In this document: one piece after another, positions 28,908-39,320 of the stretch
Position numbering within the stretch: position 1 is the stretch's first letter
Layout: each line of letters opens with the position of its first letter
Origin: Gammaproteobacteria bacterium
Lineage (GTDB): Bacteria > Pseudomonadota > Gammaproteobacteria > UBA4575
NCBI GenBank assembly: GCA_965243395.1
Contig: CBDEUS010000001.1
Location: forward strand, 608,001-672,000
Direction of reading: 5' to 3'
Length of the DNA: 64,000 nt
The notes under the pieces: model-generated
Seen by the model: only the letters and a program-made list of their open reading frames with translations
Database searches by the model: none
What the model was told of the DNA's origin: nothing
Program-made: the position numbers and the translations under genes

Positions 28908-31394
28908 ATGTTTAATTTTTATCGTAAACTTATCGCCAGACAATTGCGTTTGAGTTCAATGCGATTGTTTTGTTTAGCTGTGGCAATTTCTTGTGCGGTT
29001 ACATTCAGTATTACTTTATTAGGTGATCGACTAGAGCAGTTATTTAATCAACAAGCAAAAGAAGTGATCGCCGCAGATCTTGCTCTACAATCTACAACAG
29101 AGCTAAGCAAAGAACAAAAAACTATCATTTCTGAATTTTCACTACAGACTGCTATAACTCTAAGTTTTCAAACAATGTCTAACGCTGGCGACGAATTTTT
29201 GCTTTCAAGCGTTAAAGCAGTTTCCAATGAGTATCCTTTATTAGGGCAATTACAGGTAGCAGACCAACTATATGGAGAAACTATAGCAACTCAAGATGTG
29301 CCTATACCCGGTAATGTTTGGGTTGAAGATCGGGTGCTGAATGAACTTGGGTTGGCTCTCGGCGAGAAAATAAATATTGGAGAGCATAAATTTACCATCA
29401 CTCGTATTCTAGTTTATGAGCCAGATCGAGGAAATAGTTTTTATAGTTTTACACCTCGTGTCATGATGAATATTAGTGATTTAGATGCAACGCAAATTGT
29501 TAAACCAGGTAGCCGAGTTAATTTTCGTTATCTTTTCAGTGGTCAAGTAAATGACTTGTCTGCTTTGCAAAATAAGTTGCAGCCTACGCTACAACTTAAT
29601 CAAGAATTTATAAGTATAGATTCAGCTAATCAAACTTTGGCAGCAACTTTAAATCGAGCATATCGATTTTTACACGTTACTGCACTGATTGCTGTATTAC
29701 TAGGTGCGGTGGCTGCAGCATTAGTAAGTTACCAATATGCAAATGAAATGACCTACCATTATGCATTATTGAGATGCTTAGGATTGCAAGGGAAAAGAAT
29801 GAAGGCCGCTGTGGTATTGCCATTAATTGTATTTAGTCTGATTGCAATTATTTTTGGTTTATTGCTGGGTGCGCTGACACATTTATTGATCCTGAGAAAT
29901 CTAACTGAACTCATTCCGGAGTCATTACCATCTGCAACTAGCAAACCTTATTTACTCAGTATACTTACAGCAGGTCTCGTGGTTGCTAGTTTTGCTTTAC
30001 CATTTTTATACAAATTATTAAATACCGCACCAAAGTTGTTACTAAACCGTGTTGAAGAACAAAAACGCTCCATCCTTGTGAGCATGATTATTATGTTTAT
30101 CGGTTTGATTGTGCTTATTTATATTAGCACTCAGGATGTGAAAATAAGTGTATATATCTTATTTATATTATGCATGTTCATGTTGATTGCGTATGTATTA
30201 ACCAAAGTAGCTATTGGTTGGTTAGTAAAACAAAGTAATGTTTCAAATGTTAAACTAAAATTAACTGCACGAAATTTAAATGCTAACCGCAGAATGGTTG
30301 TAATACAGGTAATAGCAATAGCCATCACATTTTTTTCTTTAGCACTGATTACGACTATTAGAGATGATTTACTAGCATCGTGGCAATCTAAAGTACCTGA
30401 TAATGCTCCTAATATCTTTGTAATTAATCTTTTTGAAAAAGATAAGCAAGAATTTCAAAATACTTTGAATCAATATGAATTAGCACACAGTCCCTTATAC
30501 CCTATAGTTAGAGGACGTCTTAGTGCAGTAAATGGCCGACCCATTCGTGAATATGCAAGCAAAGAGGATGATCGAGACGATGAGTCATTAGGACGTGATT
30601 TGGCACTTACGTGGAATATGCAATTACCACGCGATAATCAGATATTACAAGGCATTTGGCATAGTGAAAATTTAGATAATAATTTTGCAACTGTTTCTGT
30701 CGAACAAGGATTAGCTGAAAATTTAGATATTCAACTCGATGATACTCTAGCGTTTACTGTAGATACGCACACAGTAGAAGCGAAAGTAACAAGTATTCGT
30801 TCCGTAGAGTGGCAGTCTTTCACCCCAAATTTTTATATGATTTTCTATCCTGGTGCGTTAGATGGATTGCCGCTTACCTATATGGGAAGTATACATTTGA
30901 GCCAGCATCAGCGATCTCTTTTGCGTGAGTTTGTGCAAAAATTTCCAAGTGCCACATTTTTTGATGTTGATTTTCTATTAAATCGAATTCGTGGCATCTC
31001 GCAAAAAATTAGTTATGCAATAGAAACGGTCTTGTATTTTGCTTTGTTTGCTAGTGTGCTTGTGTTTATATCAATTGAAATGATATTGCGTAAAAATCGT
31101 ATTTACAGTACTGCAATCTTTAAGGCGGTAGGTGCAAATACCAAACTGATACAAAGCATATTTCGTAGTCAATTTTTACTAATTGGGCTAATTGCTGGGG
31201 CGATAGCCTATACTTTAAATCTTTTGATTAGCTTTATATTATCTAATTATATAATTGAAGGTAACTTTATCGTAAATCCTAAAACAGCTGTATTGTGTTT
31301 AGTCATTACACCTTTATTAGTTTTGTTAGCTGGATATATCTCAATTCAACGCACTAAACAAGTGCCTGTAAAAGAGTTACTTACAGAAATGTGA
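28908..31394 (+). CDS. ybbP: FtsX-like ABC permease YbbP
   Basis: 828 aa with two FtsX-type halves; VSNEYPLLG, EPDRG, APNIFVIN, PIVRGRL, PNFYMIF; tesA-ybbAP synteny. Confidence 0.9.
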   Translation: MFNFYRKLIARQLRLSSMRLFCLAVAISCAVTFSITLLGDRLEQLFNQQAKEVIAADLALQSTTELSKEQKTIISEFSLQTAITLSFQTMSNAGDEFLLSSVKAVSNEYPLLGQLQVADQLYGETIATQDVPIPGNVWVEDRVLNELGLALGEKINIGEHKFTITRILVYEPDRGNSFYSFTPRVMMNISDLDATQIVKPGSRVNFRYLFSGQVNDLSALQNKLQPTLQLNQEFISIDSANQTLAATLNRAYRFLHVTALIAVLLGAVAAALVSYQYANEMTYHYALLRCLGLQGKRMKAAVVLPLIVFSLIAIIFGLLLGALTHLLILRNLTELIPESLPSATSKPYLLSILTAGLVVASFALPFLYKLLNTAPKLLLNRVEEQKRSILVSMIIMFIGLIVLIYISTQDVKISVYILFILCMFMLIAYVLTKVAIGWLVKQSNVSNVKLKLTARNLNANRRMVVIQVIAIAITFFSLALITTIRDDLLASWQSKVPDNAPNIFVINLFEKDKQEFQNTLNQYELAHSPLYPIVRGRLSAVNGRPIREYASKEDDRDDESLGRDLALTWNMQLPRDNQILQGIWHSENLDNNFATVSVEQGLAENLDIQLDDTLAFTVDTHTVEAKVTSIRSVEWQSFTPNFYMIFYPGALDGLPLTYMGSIHLSQHQRSLLREFVQKFPSATFFDVDFLLNRIRGISQKISYAIETVLYFALFASVLVFISIEMILRKNRIYSTAIFKAVGANTKLIQSIFRSQFLLIGLIAGAIAYTLNLLISFILSNYIIEGNFIVNPKTAVLCLVITPLLVLLAGYISIQRTKQVPVKELLTEM

Positions 31395-31485
31395 TCCGAC
31401 TAAGCTTAAATATTTTGTTATTGAGCTTGAATTTCATAATTTTGGCTACATATTAATAAAATGTAGAATATTTAAGGTAGTTTAA

Positions 31486-31659
31486 ATGGACATTAACCAG
31501 CTTTTGTTTTTTGGAAACCATAACGCAACCAATCAATATTGCACAGTGATCAATGAGCATGGTCTGGTGTATTATTGTGAAACAGATGATGAGAAACACC
31601 CCGAAGGGGAATGGAAGCTCGTCAATTTAGATTTACATGCTATGAGCGTATTACATTAA
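31486..31659 (+). CDS. Small hypothetical protein (57 aa), absent from the ORF track
   Basis: MDINQLLFFGNHNATNQYCTVINEHGLVYYCETDDEKHPEGEWKLVNLDLHAMSVLH; TAAGGT upstream. Confidence 0.55.
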   Translation: MDINQLLFFGNHNATNQYCTVINEHGLVYYCETDDEKHPEGEWKLVNLDLHAMSVLH

Positions 31660-31679
31660 TCATATTCAATAGAATAATT

Positions 31680-31805
31680 ATGAACAGGAGATTAATCATC
31701 GCAATTATAATTGCTGTATTTGCTGCTGCGGTTTATTTTTTTGAAACTGGAGAAAAAGATCAGGCGGTTACTCCTGTCGAAGCCCCAAATCATGTAAAAG
31801 GTTGA
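31680..31805 (+). CDS. Small single-TM protein (41 aa)
   Basis: MNRRLIIAIIIAVFAAAVYFF... from ATG 31680. Confidence 0.5.
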   Translation: MNRRLIIAIIIAVFAAAVYFFETGEKDQAVTPVEAPNHVKG

Positions 31806-31815
31806 TGGATATTAT

Positions 31816-32160
31816 ATGCAGATTGAAAATTTTCTTTCGAAACTGAATTCTTCTCCAGACACCATAGAATTCAATGAAACGATGGCTGTAATTGACGTTA
31901 ATTACAACTACACGCCTACTATATTTACAAATGGTACGATATTAAACCAAGCTGGCGAAAATGAAGGTTCTTGCAAACTTTTTGCATTCGCGCAACTGCA
32001 TTATTTGAATAAGTTGCAAACTCTCGCGTGTTTTGGAACTTATTATCGGGATGAAGTATTAAAAAATCCTGAAGGGGATAATCATCAAAATATTCGAAAC
32101 TTTATGCAAACAGGGTGGCATAGTATTGAATTTGAAGGGACTGCGCTAAGACTAAAATAA
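31816..32160 (+). CDS. HopJ-family protein
   Basis: YNYTPT.F.NG, NQAGENEGSCKLFAFA, FGTYYR, HQNIRNFM..GW. Confidence 0.9.
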   Translation: MQIENFLSKLNSSPDTIEFNETMAVIDVNYNYTPTIFTNGTILNQAGENEGSCKLFAFAQLHYLNKLQTLACFGTYYRDEVLKNPEGDNHQNIRNFMQTGWHSIEFEGTALRLK

Positions 32161-32177
32161 AATATTTTAAAAATAAC

Positions 32178-32780
32178 ATGCTATCTAAGCGCAAATTTTC
32201 AGAGGCCTCAGAACAAAATAAAATTCCCATATTAGAAGTGCTGAATGAAGCATTTAGTGATTGCTATTCAGTTCTAGAGATTGGCAGTGGGTCAGGCCAA
32301 CATGCAGTATATTTTGCCAAACATCTTAAACATTTAAGTTGGCAGCCTAGCGATTTGGCAGAGAATCTCAGTAGTATTCAAGCATGGATGGATGAAGAAT
32401 TACTGGATAATATTTTCCCACCTATTGAATTAGATGTGAGATTACATCCTTGGCCTGTGAATAAGGTTGATGCTATTTATACAGCGAATACCTTTCATAT
32501 TATGTCCTGGAAGACGATTGAAGACTTTTTCCGGGGTGTAGGCGTATTATTAAAATCTCAAGGAAAGTTATTAGTATATGGACCATTTAGTTATCATGGG
32601 GAGCACACCAGCCCAAGTAATCAGCAATTTGATAGTCACCTGAAGCAAAGAGACCCATTAAGTGGAGTTCGGGATTTTGTTGAGCTGGATAAGCTAGCCC
32701 AGGCGCAAGGGCTAAAGTGTATTGAAGATTTTGCTATGCCAGCAAACAATCGATGCTTGTTATGGCAAAACATCGAATAA
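32178..32780 (+). CDS. DUF938-family SAM-dependent methyltransferase-like protein
   Basis: VLEIGSGSGQHA, WQPSD, YGPF, SNQQFD..L, GVRD, MPANN. Confidence 0.9.
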   Translation: MLSKRKFSEASEQNKIPILEVLNEAFSDCYSVLEIGSGSGQHAVYFAKHLKHLSWQPSDLAENLSSIQAWMDEELLDNIFPPIELDVRLHPWPVNKVDAIYTANTFHIMSWKTIEDFFRGVGVLLKSQGKLLVYGPFSYHGEHTSPSNQQFDSHLKQRDPLSGVRDFVELDKLAQAQGLKCIEDFAMPANNRCLLWQNIE

Positions 32781-32911
32781 TCAAGTTTACCGCTTATCGT
32801 GAAATTTTAACCTATTGTCTCGAATAGAGAAATGTGACCCAGTTCACATAGATAATAACCCTTCCCTAATTAATCTTATTGAGAGTATTTTAATCTTACC
32901 TGGAGTTGGAA

Positions 32912-33034
32912 ATGGAAGCATTAATAATCATAGCAATACAGTTTGTAGTAGTAGGAGTTACATTAGTTGGTATGTGGCGCTTACTAAAAGAGCGAGACTA
33001 TTATCACGATAGTGAACTTAGACGTCATCACTAA
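32912..33034 (+). CDS. Small single-TM protein (40 aa), absent from the ORF track
   Basis: GGAG 6 nt before ATG; MEALIIIAIQFVVVGVTLVGMWRLLKERDYYHDSELRRHH; terminator immediately downstream. Confidence 0.7.
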   Translation: MEALIIIAIQFVVVGVTLVGMWRLLKERDYYHDSELRRHH

Positions 33035-33060
33035 AATTAGAACTACTTATTCCAAACTGC

Positions 33061-33087
33061 AAAGCCCGGCAATAGCCGGGCTTTTTT
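33061..33087 (+). terminator. Rho-independent terminator
   Basis: AAAGCCCGGC-AATA-GCCGGGCTTTTTT. Confidence 0.9.
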
Positions 33088-33344
33088 ATATGTGTTTAAA
33101 ATAATGATTCTGTATATTTTGCTTGTTCATTGATAAATACTTCTTTGTGCCATCTAGCTAATGTGGTTCATCAATAACGAGACTAATTTTTATTATTAAG
33201 TGGTTGTTGCAATGTATAAGCTCTAATCATTCTATGAAGTTAGCTCTCATTTATATTCTAAATTATTAAAAATTTTCTACTAAAAAGTTTGCTGCACTTC
33301 GCATGCTAAAATAAGAATGAAGATTTAGTGATACTGGAGGGTTT

Positions 33345-34190
33345 ATGGCTAATAATATTGCAGTTTTAACTATCCACGGTATGGGCGATACCAAAAAAGG
33401 CTATTCGGATAATTTAAGAAAAATTTTAAGTCGGTCACTTGGTGGTAAATGGGGGCATGTACATTTTGGTGAAATATATTACCAAGATGTATTTCAAGAT
33501 CATCAAGTTAAGTTATTAGATCGATTCAAGAAAAATGACGATATTGATTTGATAAAGTTGCGAAGATTTCTATTATATGGTTTTTCTGATGCTGCTGGAT
33601 TAGAGCGTAAAGCTAATTTGCCTAATAGTGCTTATGAGCAAGTGCAAAATAATGTTCTAGATGAAATTGATGCTGCCTATGATGAGATAGGTGGTAAAGG
33701 CAAGGTAGTAATAGTCGCTCATTCGCTAGGGTGCCATGTAATTTCTAATTATATATGGGATGCACAATGTAAAATTGCATCACATGGTGCATGGTGTGAT
33801 GGTGGATTTGAAGATTCTCCAGCAGGTTCAGATTTGGATAAATTTCGACGCTTGAAAACTTTAAAATACTTATATTTTTCTGGTTGTAATATTCCAGTAT
33901 TTATAGCTGGGATTCCACAAGCAAAAATTCGATCCATTACTTCATCGAGTAAGGGCTATTCCTTTAAGTGGAAAAACTTTTATGATCCTGACGATGTCTT
34001 AGGCTGGCCGTTGAAAAATTTAAACACAAGAATGGGTAAACAAAGCTACAAAACCGAAGTAGATGAAGATAATGCGATTAACGTTGGAAATTTGATCACC
34101 ATGTGGAATCCACTAAGCCATACTGCTTATTGGAAAGATAAAGACTTCACAAACCCTTTGGCAAATGATATTGAGCGGTTAATTGGCTGA
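33345..34190 (+). CDS. Alpha/beta-hydrolase-fold protein
   Basis: TIHGMG, AHSLG nucleophile elbow, NFYDPDDVLGWPL, SHTAYW. Confidence 0.75.
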   Translation: MANNIAVLTIHGMGDTKKGYSDNLRKILSRSLGGKWGHVHFGEIYYQDVFQDHQVKLLDRFKKNDDIDLIKLRRFLLYGFSDAAGLERKANLPNSAYEQVQNNVLDEIDAAYDEIGGKGKVVIVAHSLGCHVISNYIWDAQCKIASHGAWCDGGFEDSPAGSDLDKFRRLKTLKYLYFSGCNIPVFIAGIPQAKIRSITSSSKGYSFKWKNFYDPDDVLGWPLKNLNTRMGKQSYKTEVDEDNAINVGNLITMWNPLSHTAYWKDKDFTNPLANDIERLIG

Positions 34191-34316
34191 TCCATAGGCC
34201 ACAATATTATTATGAAATATTAGAACACATTTTAAAGTGGCAATTACAATTTAAAAATACTGATTTTTAAACAAATTTTGATAAGCAATTAATTTGGTTC
34301 TTTTAAATTTCGCGAT

Positions 34317-35486
34317 TTAATTAACGAGATCCTTGGCTACTTCTTCCCGAAAATGAAAATTAACCGCTTGATTAATCATTATTGCGAAAGGAGACCATTG
34401 ATTATCTCGATTAATATAGCCTGCATAAGTGCTTACATTTTCTAAAGTTCCTGATTTGGCGAATATATTAGGTGTTTGGTTTGGCATAAGATATCTATAA
34501 GGCTCAAATTTTTGTAATACATCGATAAGTTGTTTTGCGCTCAAACGATTTTTTCTAGATAAACCGGCACCTTCAACCATAATATAGTTTGACCAATTAA
34601 AGTTATTATCAATATATTGATTAATGGCTTTTTGAGATTTTTCAAGATTTGCAGGTGCACCAAATTGTTTAGCGCCTAAATTTAAAAATAGTTGATTGGC
34701 TATAAAATTGTTTGAGTATTCAAGCATGGAAGCAATAATTTGTTCCAGGGTCTTACTATTTTGGTGTGTAAATAATAATTTTGCAGACTTAGGCACATCA
34801 CCACTTAAAAATAATGCATCCGTTGGAATTTCAGATCGGTTTAGTTTAGCTTTTAGTAGCTCATAAAAATATTGTGGACCATGTTCAGCTTTTCCAAGAT
34901 TAATACGATGAGTGCCAATGGTAAGTCCTTGAGCTAATTCACTAGCAAGCGGTGTTAGCGGCGTTTGTGTTTCACTACTACTAATACTGTCGTCGTATAC
35001 ACGTACATTGATGGTATTAAAGTTTGCAGCTATAGCCCCAACCGTTGCATCGTAAGGATTTAGAGAGCTACCTTGTCCATCTATAGAAATAGTTTTACTG
35101 AAATAACTAGTATCTAATCCAATCGTATCTAACTCGGTAATTTTCTGAGATGAAAATTTTTTAACGATAAGATCTAGTTCTTCCGAAGTGAGATAAGGGT
35201 CGCCGTATCCTTTGATCCACAAACTCTTTGCGTTAGGATCATAGAAAAAATCGGTTTTAAAATGATATTTGGGTCCCCAATAATCAAGTGCTATGAGCGA
35301 GGTTAAAACTTTTACAGTAGAAGCAGGTATATAAAGCTCATTTGGGTTTTTGGTTTGTAATACATTTTTATCTTTATCAATTAACAATAATGAAGAGGAT
35401 GGCAGATTTTTTAGAGTGTCAACCGGGCTTGCTGCAATACAATTTGTACAAAGCAAGAGGAATAGTATTAAGAGTGGAATGCGCAT
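34317..35486 (-). CDS. dacB: D-Ala-D-Ala carboxypeptidase/endopeptidase (PBP4, peptidase S13)
   Basis: PASTVK (SxxK), GYGDPYL, YSNNF (SxN), GAGLSR, KSGTL. Confidence 0.88.
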   Translation of the reverse strand: MRIPLLILFLLLCTNCIAASPVDTLKNLPSSSLLLIDKDKNVLQTKNPNELYIPASTVKVLTSLIALDYWGPKYHFKTDFFYDPNAKSLWIKGYGDPYLTSEELDLIVKKFSSQKITELDTIGLDTSYFSKTISIDGQGSSLNPYDATVGAIAANFNTINVRVYDDSISSSETQTPLTPLASELAQGLTIGTHRINLGKAEHGPQYFYELLKAKLNRSEIPTDALFLSGDVPKSAKLLFTHQNSKTLEQIIASMLEYSNNFIANQLFLNLGAKQFGAPANLEKSQKAINQYIDNNFNWSNYIMVEGAGLSRKNRLSAKQLIDVLQKFEPYRYLMPNQTPNIFAKSGTLENVSTYAGYINRDNQWSPFAIMINQAVNFHFREEVAKDLVN

Positions 35487-35497
35487 AAGCTTGCGTG

Positions 35498-35800
35498 TTA
35501 TAGCTCGACTTCAAATCCTTCAAATTCGGGCTTACCGAGATATACCGGTTTAGCATCTCCAGCATTAGCATGTGCTTTTCTAAAAGCTTCAGATTTTGTC
35601 CAATCTTCAAACGCTTGTTTAGATTCCCAAATAGAGTGAGAAGCAAATAAACTATATTCATCAGTTTTGGGCCCACGTAATAAATTGAATTGTTTAAATC
35701 CGGGAACTTCGTCCAAGAATGTTTCTCGATTCCTCCAAATATCTAAGAAATCTTCTTCATTACCCGGAATAATTTTGAATCGGTTCATAGCTATAAACAT
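35498..35800 (-). CDS. ABM-domain monooxygenase (IsdG/HmoA-like)
   Basis: MFIAMNRF, VPGF..F.LL, WESKQAFEDWTKSEAFRKAH. Confidence 0.88.
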   Translation of the reverse strand: MFIAMNRFKIIPGNEEDFLDIWRNRETFLDEVPGFKQFNLLRGPKTDEYSLFASHSIWESKQAFEDWTKSEAFRKAHANAGDAKPVYLGKPEFEGFEVEL

Positions 35801-35854
35801 ATTTCACCTAAGTTAGGTAGATAAAAAAATTAGATAAATTATTTCTCGAATAGT

Positions 35855-36385
35855 TCAGGCTGAGATGAGCACCTCATCATCACAATTAAAGTTTTCATCT
35901 GTGAATGCTTTTATTAAATAATATATTGTCGATACAAGCCCCCAAACTAGTCCAAGTACTACCCCAAAATCTAATAAGCCTTTCCAGGGTTGAGGAATAA
36001 GTCGAAAAGCAAATATAAAAGCTATAATCATGACAGTAAGTGCAAAGGTTGCAAACACACGTTTTTTGGGCGCATGAAAATAAGCCATGCAAAATAGTGG
36101 AGCTAATAATGTTTGTAACCACGTTGCATTGGACAACAAGTATTTACATCTTGCAGCAAATCGTGGAGAAAATTTTAATTGAAACCCTTTGTAACCTTCG
36201 CCATGCGCCATGAAGATTGCCCAACCTATGAACACTAACCAGTGCAACCAGTTGAGTGGCATAGTAAAGGATTCAATCGTATATAGTGACAAACGCCAGC
36301 TAGCAAAAACAAGTAATACAACTAAGCCAAAGATTGCCCATATAACAGCAAATATCCTTTTAATAGTGATATGTTCAAACTCCAT
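35855..36385 (-). CDS. Hypothetical membrane protein
   Basis: About five hydrophobic segments; EGYKGFQ..FSPR, LAPLFCM, QPWKG..D.GV. Confidence 0.75.
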   Translation of the reverse strand: MEFEHITIKRIFAVIWAIFGLVVLLVFASWRLSLYTIESFTMPLNWLHWLVFIGWAIFMAHGEGYKGFQLKFSPRFAARCKYLLSNATWLQTLLAPLFCMAYFHAPKKRVFATFALTVMIIAFIFAFRLIPQPWKGLLDFGVVLGLVWGLVSTIYYLIKAFTDENFNCDDEVLISA

Positions 36386-36535
36386 TTTATATATAAGTCA
36401 ATTAAATTGGTTGAGGAAGTTGATTGTAGTCTAAATCAAATTATTCATTTCAGGTTATAATGTTTTCTTCAAACTGAACTACAATCCTGATTAAAAGCAT
36501 ATTTACTATATTAGTTAAAAATAAGGAGATAAATC

Positions 36536-36937
36536 ATGAAACTAATATTAACCTTTTTCTTGGTGTCATTGACCTCTTTGTCTTATGCAAACCAAGAAAT
36601 GAGTGAAGAACAAATGCAACAAATGATGCAGCAGGCTCAAGCTGCTCAAGAATGTTTTGCAAAGATAGATCCGGCTAAATTTGAAGCGCTTGAAGCTAGG
36701 GGTAGGGAAATGGAAAGCGAAATTCAAGGCTTGTGTGCAGCGGGCAAGCGCGATGAAGCTATGAAAACAGCTATGAAATATGGTAAAGAATTTAGCACCT
36801 CAGAAGATATGAAAGAAATACGTAAATGCAGTGAATTAATGCAAGGCATGATGGCAAATATGCCTATGCCAACGCCTTATATGCCACCAGAAGTGGATGA
36901 GGATAGCGAAAGCGAACATATCTGTGATGGCATGTAA
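36536..36937 (+). CDS. Secreted Met/Gln-rich helical hypothetical protein
   Basis: AAGGAG RBS; signal peptide; four Cys; ends HICDGM. Confidence 0.75.
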   Translation: MKLILTFFLVSLTSLSYANQEMSEEQMQQMMQQAQAAQECFAKIDPAKFEALEARGREMESEIQGLCAAGKRDEAMKTAMKYGKEFSTSEDMKEIRKCSELMQGMMANMPMPTPYMPPEVDEDSESEHICDGM

Positions 36938-36988
36938 AAAAATATTCGTTCAGAAGTAAAATCAGAACATTTTTTACAAGAGATATTA

Positions 36989-39076
36989 CTATTTCTTTGC
37001 TTCTGCGCGTTCTTTTGCTTCTTTAATTACTTCGTCTGCTACATTTTTAGGGCAAGGAAGGTAGTGTGAGAATTCCATTGAGAATTGTCCACGTCCAGAA
37101 GTCATGGTACGTAAATCACCGATATAGCCAAACATTTCGGATAACGGTACATCTGCTTTAACACGTGTGCCAGTAGCTCCGGCATCTTGTGATTTGATCA
37201 TGCCGCGGCGGCGATTAAGATCACCAATGACATCACCCACGTGATCTTCTGGGGTAAACACATCGACTTTCATAATCGGTTCTAGTAATTGTGGTCCTGC
37301 TTTAGGCATGCTTTGTCTATATGCTGCTTTAGAAGCGAGTTCGAAAGCTACTGCAGAAGAGTCGACAGCATGGAATGCACCATCAGTTAAGGTTACCTTT
37401 ACATCTAGGCACGGATATCCAGCAAGAACACCTTCGTCCATCATATCACCAAAGGCTTTTTGAATAGCTGGCCAGTATTCACGTGGGACATTACCTCCCG
37501 TTACAGAAGATTCAAATTCATAACCACTGTTTTGTTCACCTGGTTCAATAATGTAATCAATTTTACCAAACTGTCCTGCACCACCAGATTGTTTCTTATG
37601 TGTATAGGTATCTTCAACACGTTGTGTAATCGTTTCTCGATATGCAACTTGCGGTGCACCCGCTATTACTTCTACACCATGTGTACGTTTTAAAATATCG
37701 ATCTTAATGTCAAGGTGTAACTCACCCATACCTTTTAAGATCGTTTCGCCACTATCTTCATCGGTTGAAACCCTGAATGATGGGTCTTCTGCAACCATTT
37801 TACTTAACGCAACACCCATCTTTTCAGAAGCGCCTTTATCTTTTGGCGATATGGCCATTGAGATAACAGGATCAGGGAATACCATGGGTTCTAAAGTGGC
37901 AGGGTTATTTGGATCACAGAGTGTGTGACCTGTTTGCACATTCTTCATACCCAGAACCGCCACAATGTCGCCTGCTTGTGCAGAATCTAATTCTTCACGA
38001 GAGTCGGCATGCATTTCAACAATACGACCAATGCGTTCTGTTTTGCCGGTAAAGCTATTTAGTACAGTTGTTCCCTTATCTAATTTGCCCGAATAAATTC
38101 GAATGAAGGTGAGCGCTCCGTAACGGTCATCCATGATTTTAAACGCTAGTGCTCGCAATGGCTTGCCAGGATCAACTTCAGCAAACTCACCTGTTTCATT
38201 ACCTTCTAAGTCTACTTCGGGTTGTGGGGGCACTTCCGTAGGGGCAGGTAAGTAATCTACTACTGCATCTAAAACAAGTTGGATACCTTTATTTTTAAAT
38301 GCCGAACCGCAGTATGTTGGGAAAAAATCTAGTGCAATGGTTCCAGTGCGAATACATTGTTTTAAAGTATCAATGTCAGGTTCTTCACCATCTAAATATT
38401 TTTCCATTGCATCGTCATCATGTTCGAGAGCCGTTTCAACAAGCTCTTCACGATATTGTTCCACTTTGTCTTTAAACTCTTCAGGAACGTCTTGTTCTTT
38501 ATAGTTCATGGGATCGTCAGAACCTTCCCATATCCATGCTTTGCGTGTAAGTAAATCGATTACACCTGTGAAGTTATCTTCAGTTCCAATTGGTAAGGTC
38601 ATCACTAATGGTTTTGCACCCAATACTTTTTTAATTTGATCAACAACACTGTAAAAATCAGCGCCTAATCGATCTAATTTATTTACAAATATAATGCGTG
38701 CAACTTTAGACTCATTTGCGTAACGCCAGTTGGTCTCTGACTGAGGTTCAACACCACCAGACCCGCAAAATACACCAACACCGCCATCCAGAACCTTAAG
38801 CGAACGGTATACCTCAATAGTGAAATCGACGTGCCCGGGCGTGTCGATAATATTCAAACGATGGTCTTTCCAGAAAGTACTGGTGGCAGCTGATTGGATC
38901 GTAATGCCGCGCTCTCGCTCTTGATCCATAAAGTCTGTCGTGGCCTCGCCATCGTGCACTTCGCCAATTTTATGAATTTTTCCGGTTAGGCTGAGGATAC
39001 GCTCAGATGTAGTGGTTTTACCTGCGTCCACATGTGCGAAGATGCCAATGTTTCTATAATTTGATAGATCGCTCAT
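36989..39076 (-). CDS. fusA: Elongation factor G (outside the str operon)
   Basis: [57 protein letters not shown]. Confidence 0.97.
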   Translation of the reverse strand: MSDLSNYRNIGIFAHVDAGKTTTSERILSLTGKIHKIGEVHDGEATTDFMDQERERGITIQSAATSTFWKDHRLNIIDTPGHVDFTIEVYRSLKVLDGGVGVFCGSGGVEPQSETNWRYANESKVARIIFVNKLDRLGADFYSVVDQIKKVLGAKPLVMTLPIGTEDNFTGVIDLLTRKAWIWEGSDDPMNYKEQDVPEEFKDKVEQYREELVETALEHDDDAMEKYLDGEEPDIDTLKQCIRTGTIALDFFPTYCGSAFKNKGIQLVLDAVVDYLPAPTEVPPQPEVDLEGNETGEFAEVDPGKPLRALAFKIMDDRYGALTFIRIYSGKLDKGTTVLNSFTGKTERIGRIVEMHADSREELDSAQAGDIVAVLGMKNVQTGHTLCDPNNPATLEPMVFPDPVISMAISPKDKGASEKMGVALSKMVAEDPSFRVSTDEDSGETILKGMGELHLDIKIDILKRTHGVEVIAGAPQVAYRETITQRVEDTYTHKKQSGGAGQFGKIDYIIEPGEQNSGYEFESSVTGGNVPREYWPAIQKAFGDMMDEGVLAGYPCLDVKVTLTDGAFHAVDSSAVAFELASKAAYRQSMPKAGPQLLEPIMKVDVFTPEDHVGDVIGDLNRRRGMIKSQDAGATGTRVKADVPLSEMFGYIGDLRTMTSGRGQFSMEFSHYLPCPKNVADEVIKEAKERAEAKK

Positions 39077-39221
39077 TACCGTAACCTTTGTGTAATATAT
39101 TCAATAAGTTCTATGCTAAATTTGAAGTGTATTAATAGGGGCGCAAGTCTACTTGATTACGCGTGTAGGGGAAGCCCAAAGTGCTTCCATTCGTCCATTA
39201 AATCCTTCGAAAATTGAGAAA

Positions 39222-39257
39222 GCGGCGGATTCTGGCCTATATAAGAGAATGCTTCAA
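39222..39257 (-). promoter_or_regulatory. sigma70 promoter with GC-rich discriminator upstream of fusA
   Basis: TTGAAG-N17-CAGAAT-CCGCCGC; a second -10 plus discriminator TAGACT-TGCGCCCC at 39151-39138. Confidence 0.6.
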
Positions 39258-39320
39258 TAGGGCGTAGGGGGTAAACCGCCAAACATCAGTGAATTTGAGA
39301 CACTTAAAAAATTAATGTGT

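Noticed and set aside
31816-32160. HopJ as evidence of type III secretion or virulence
   Set aside because: The family is widespread in non-pathogens and no secretion genes are in the window.
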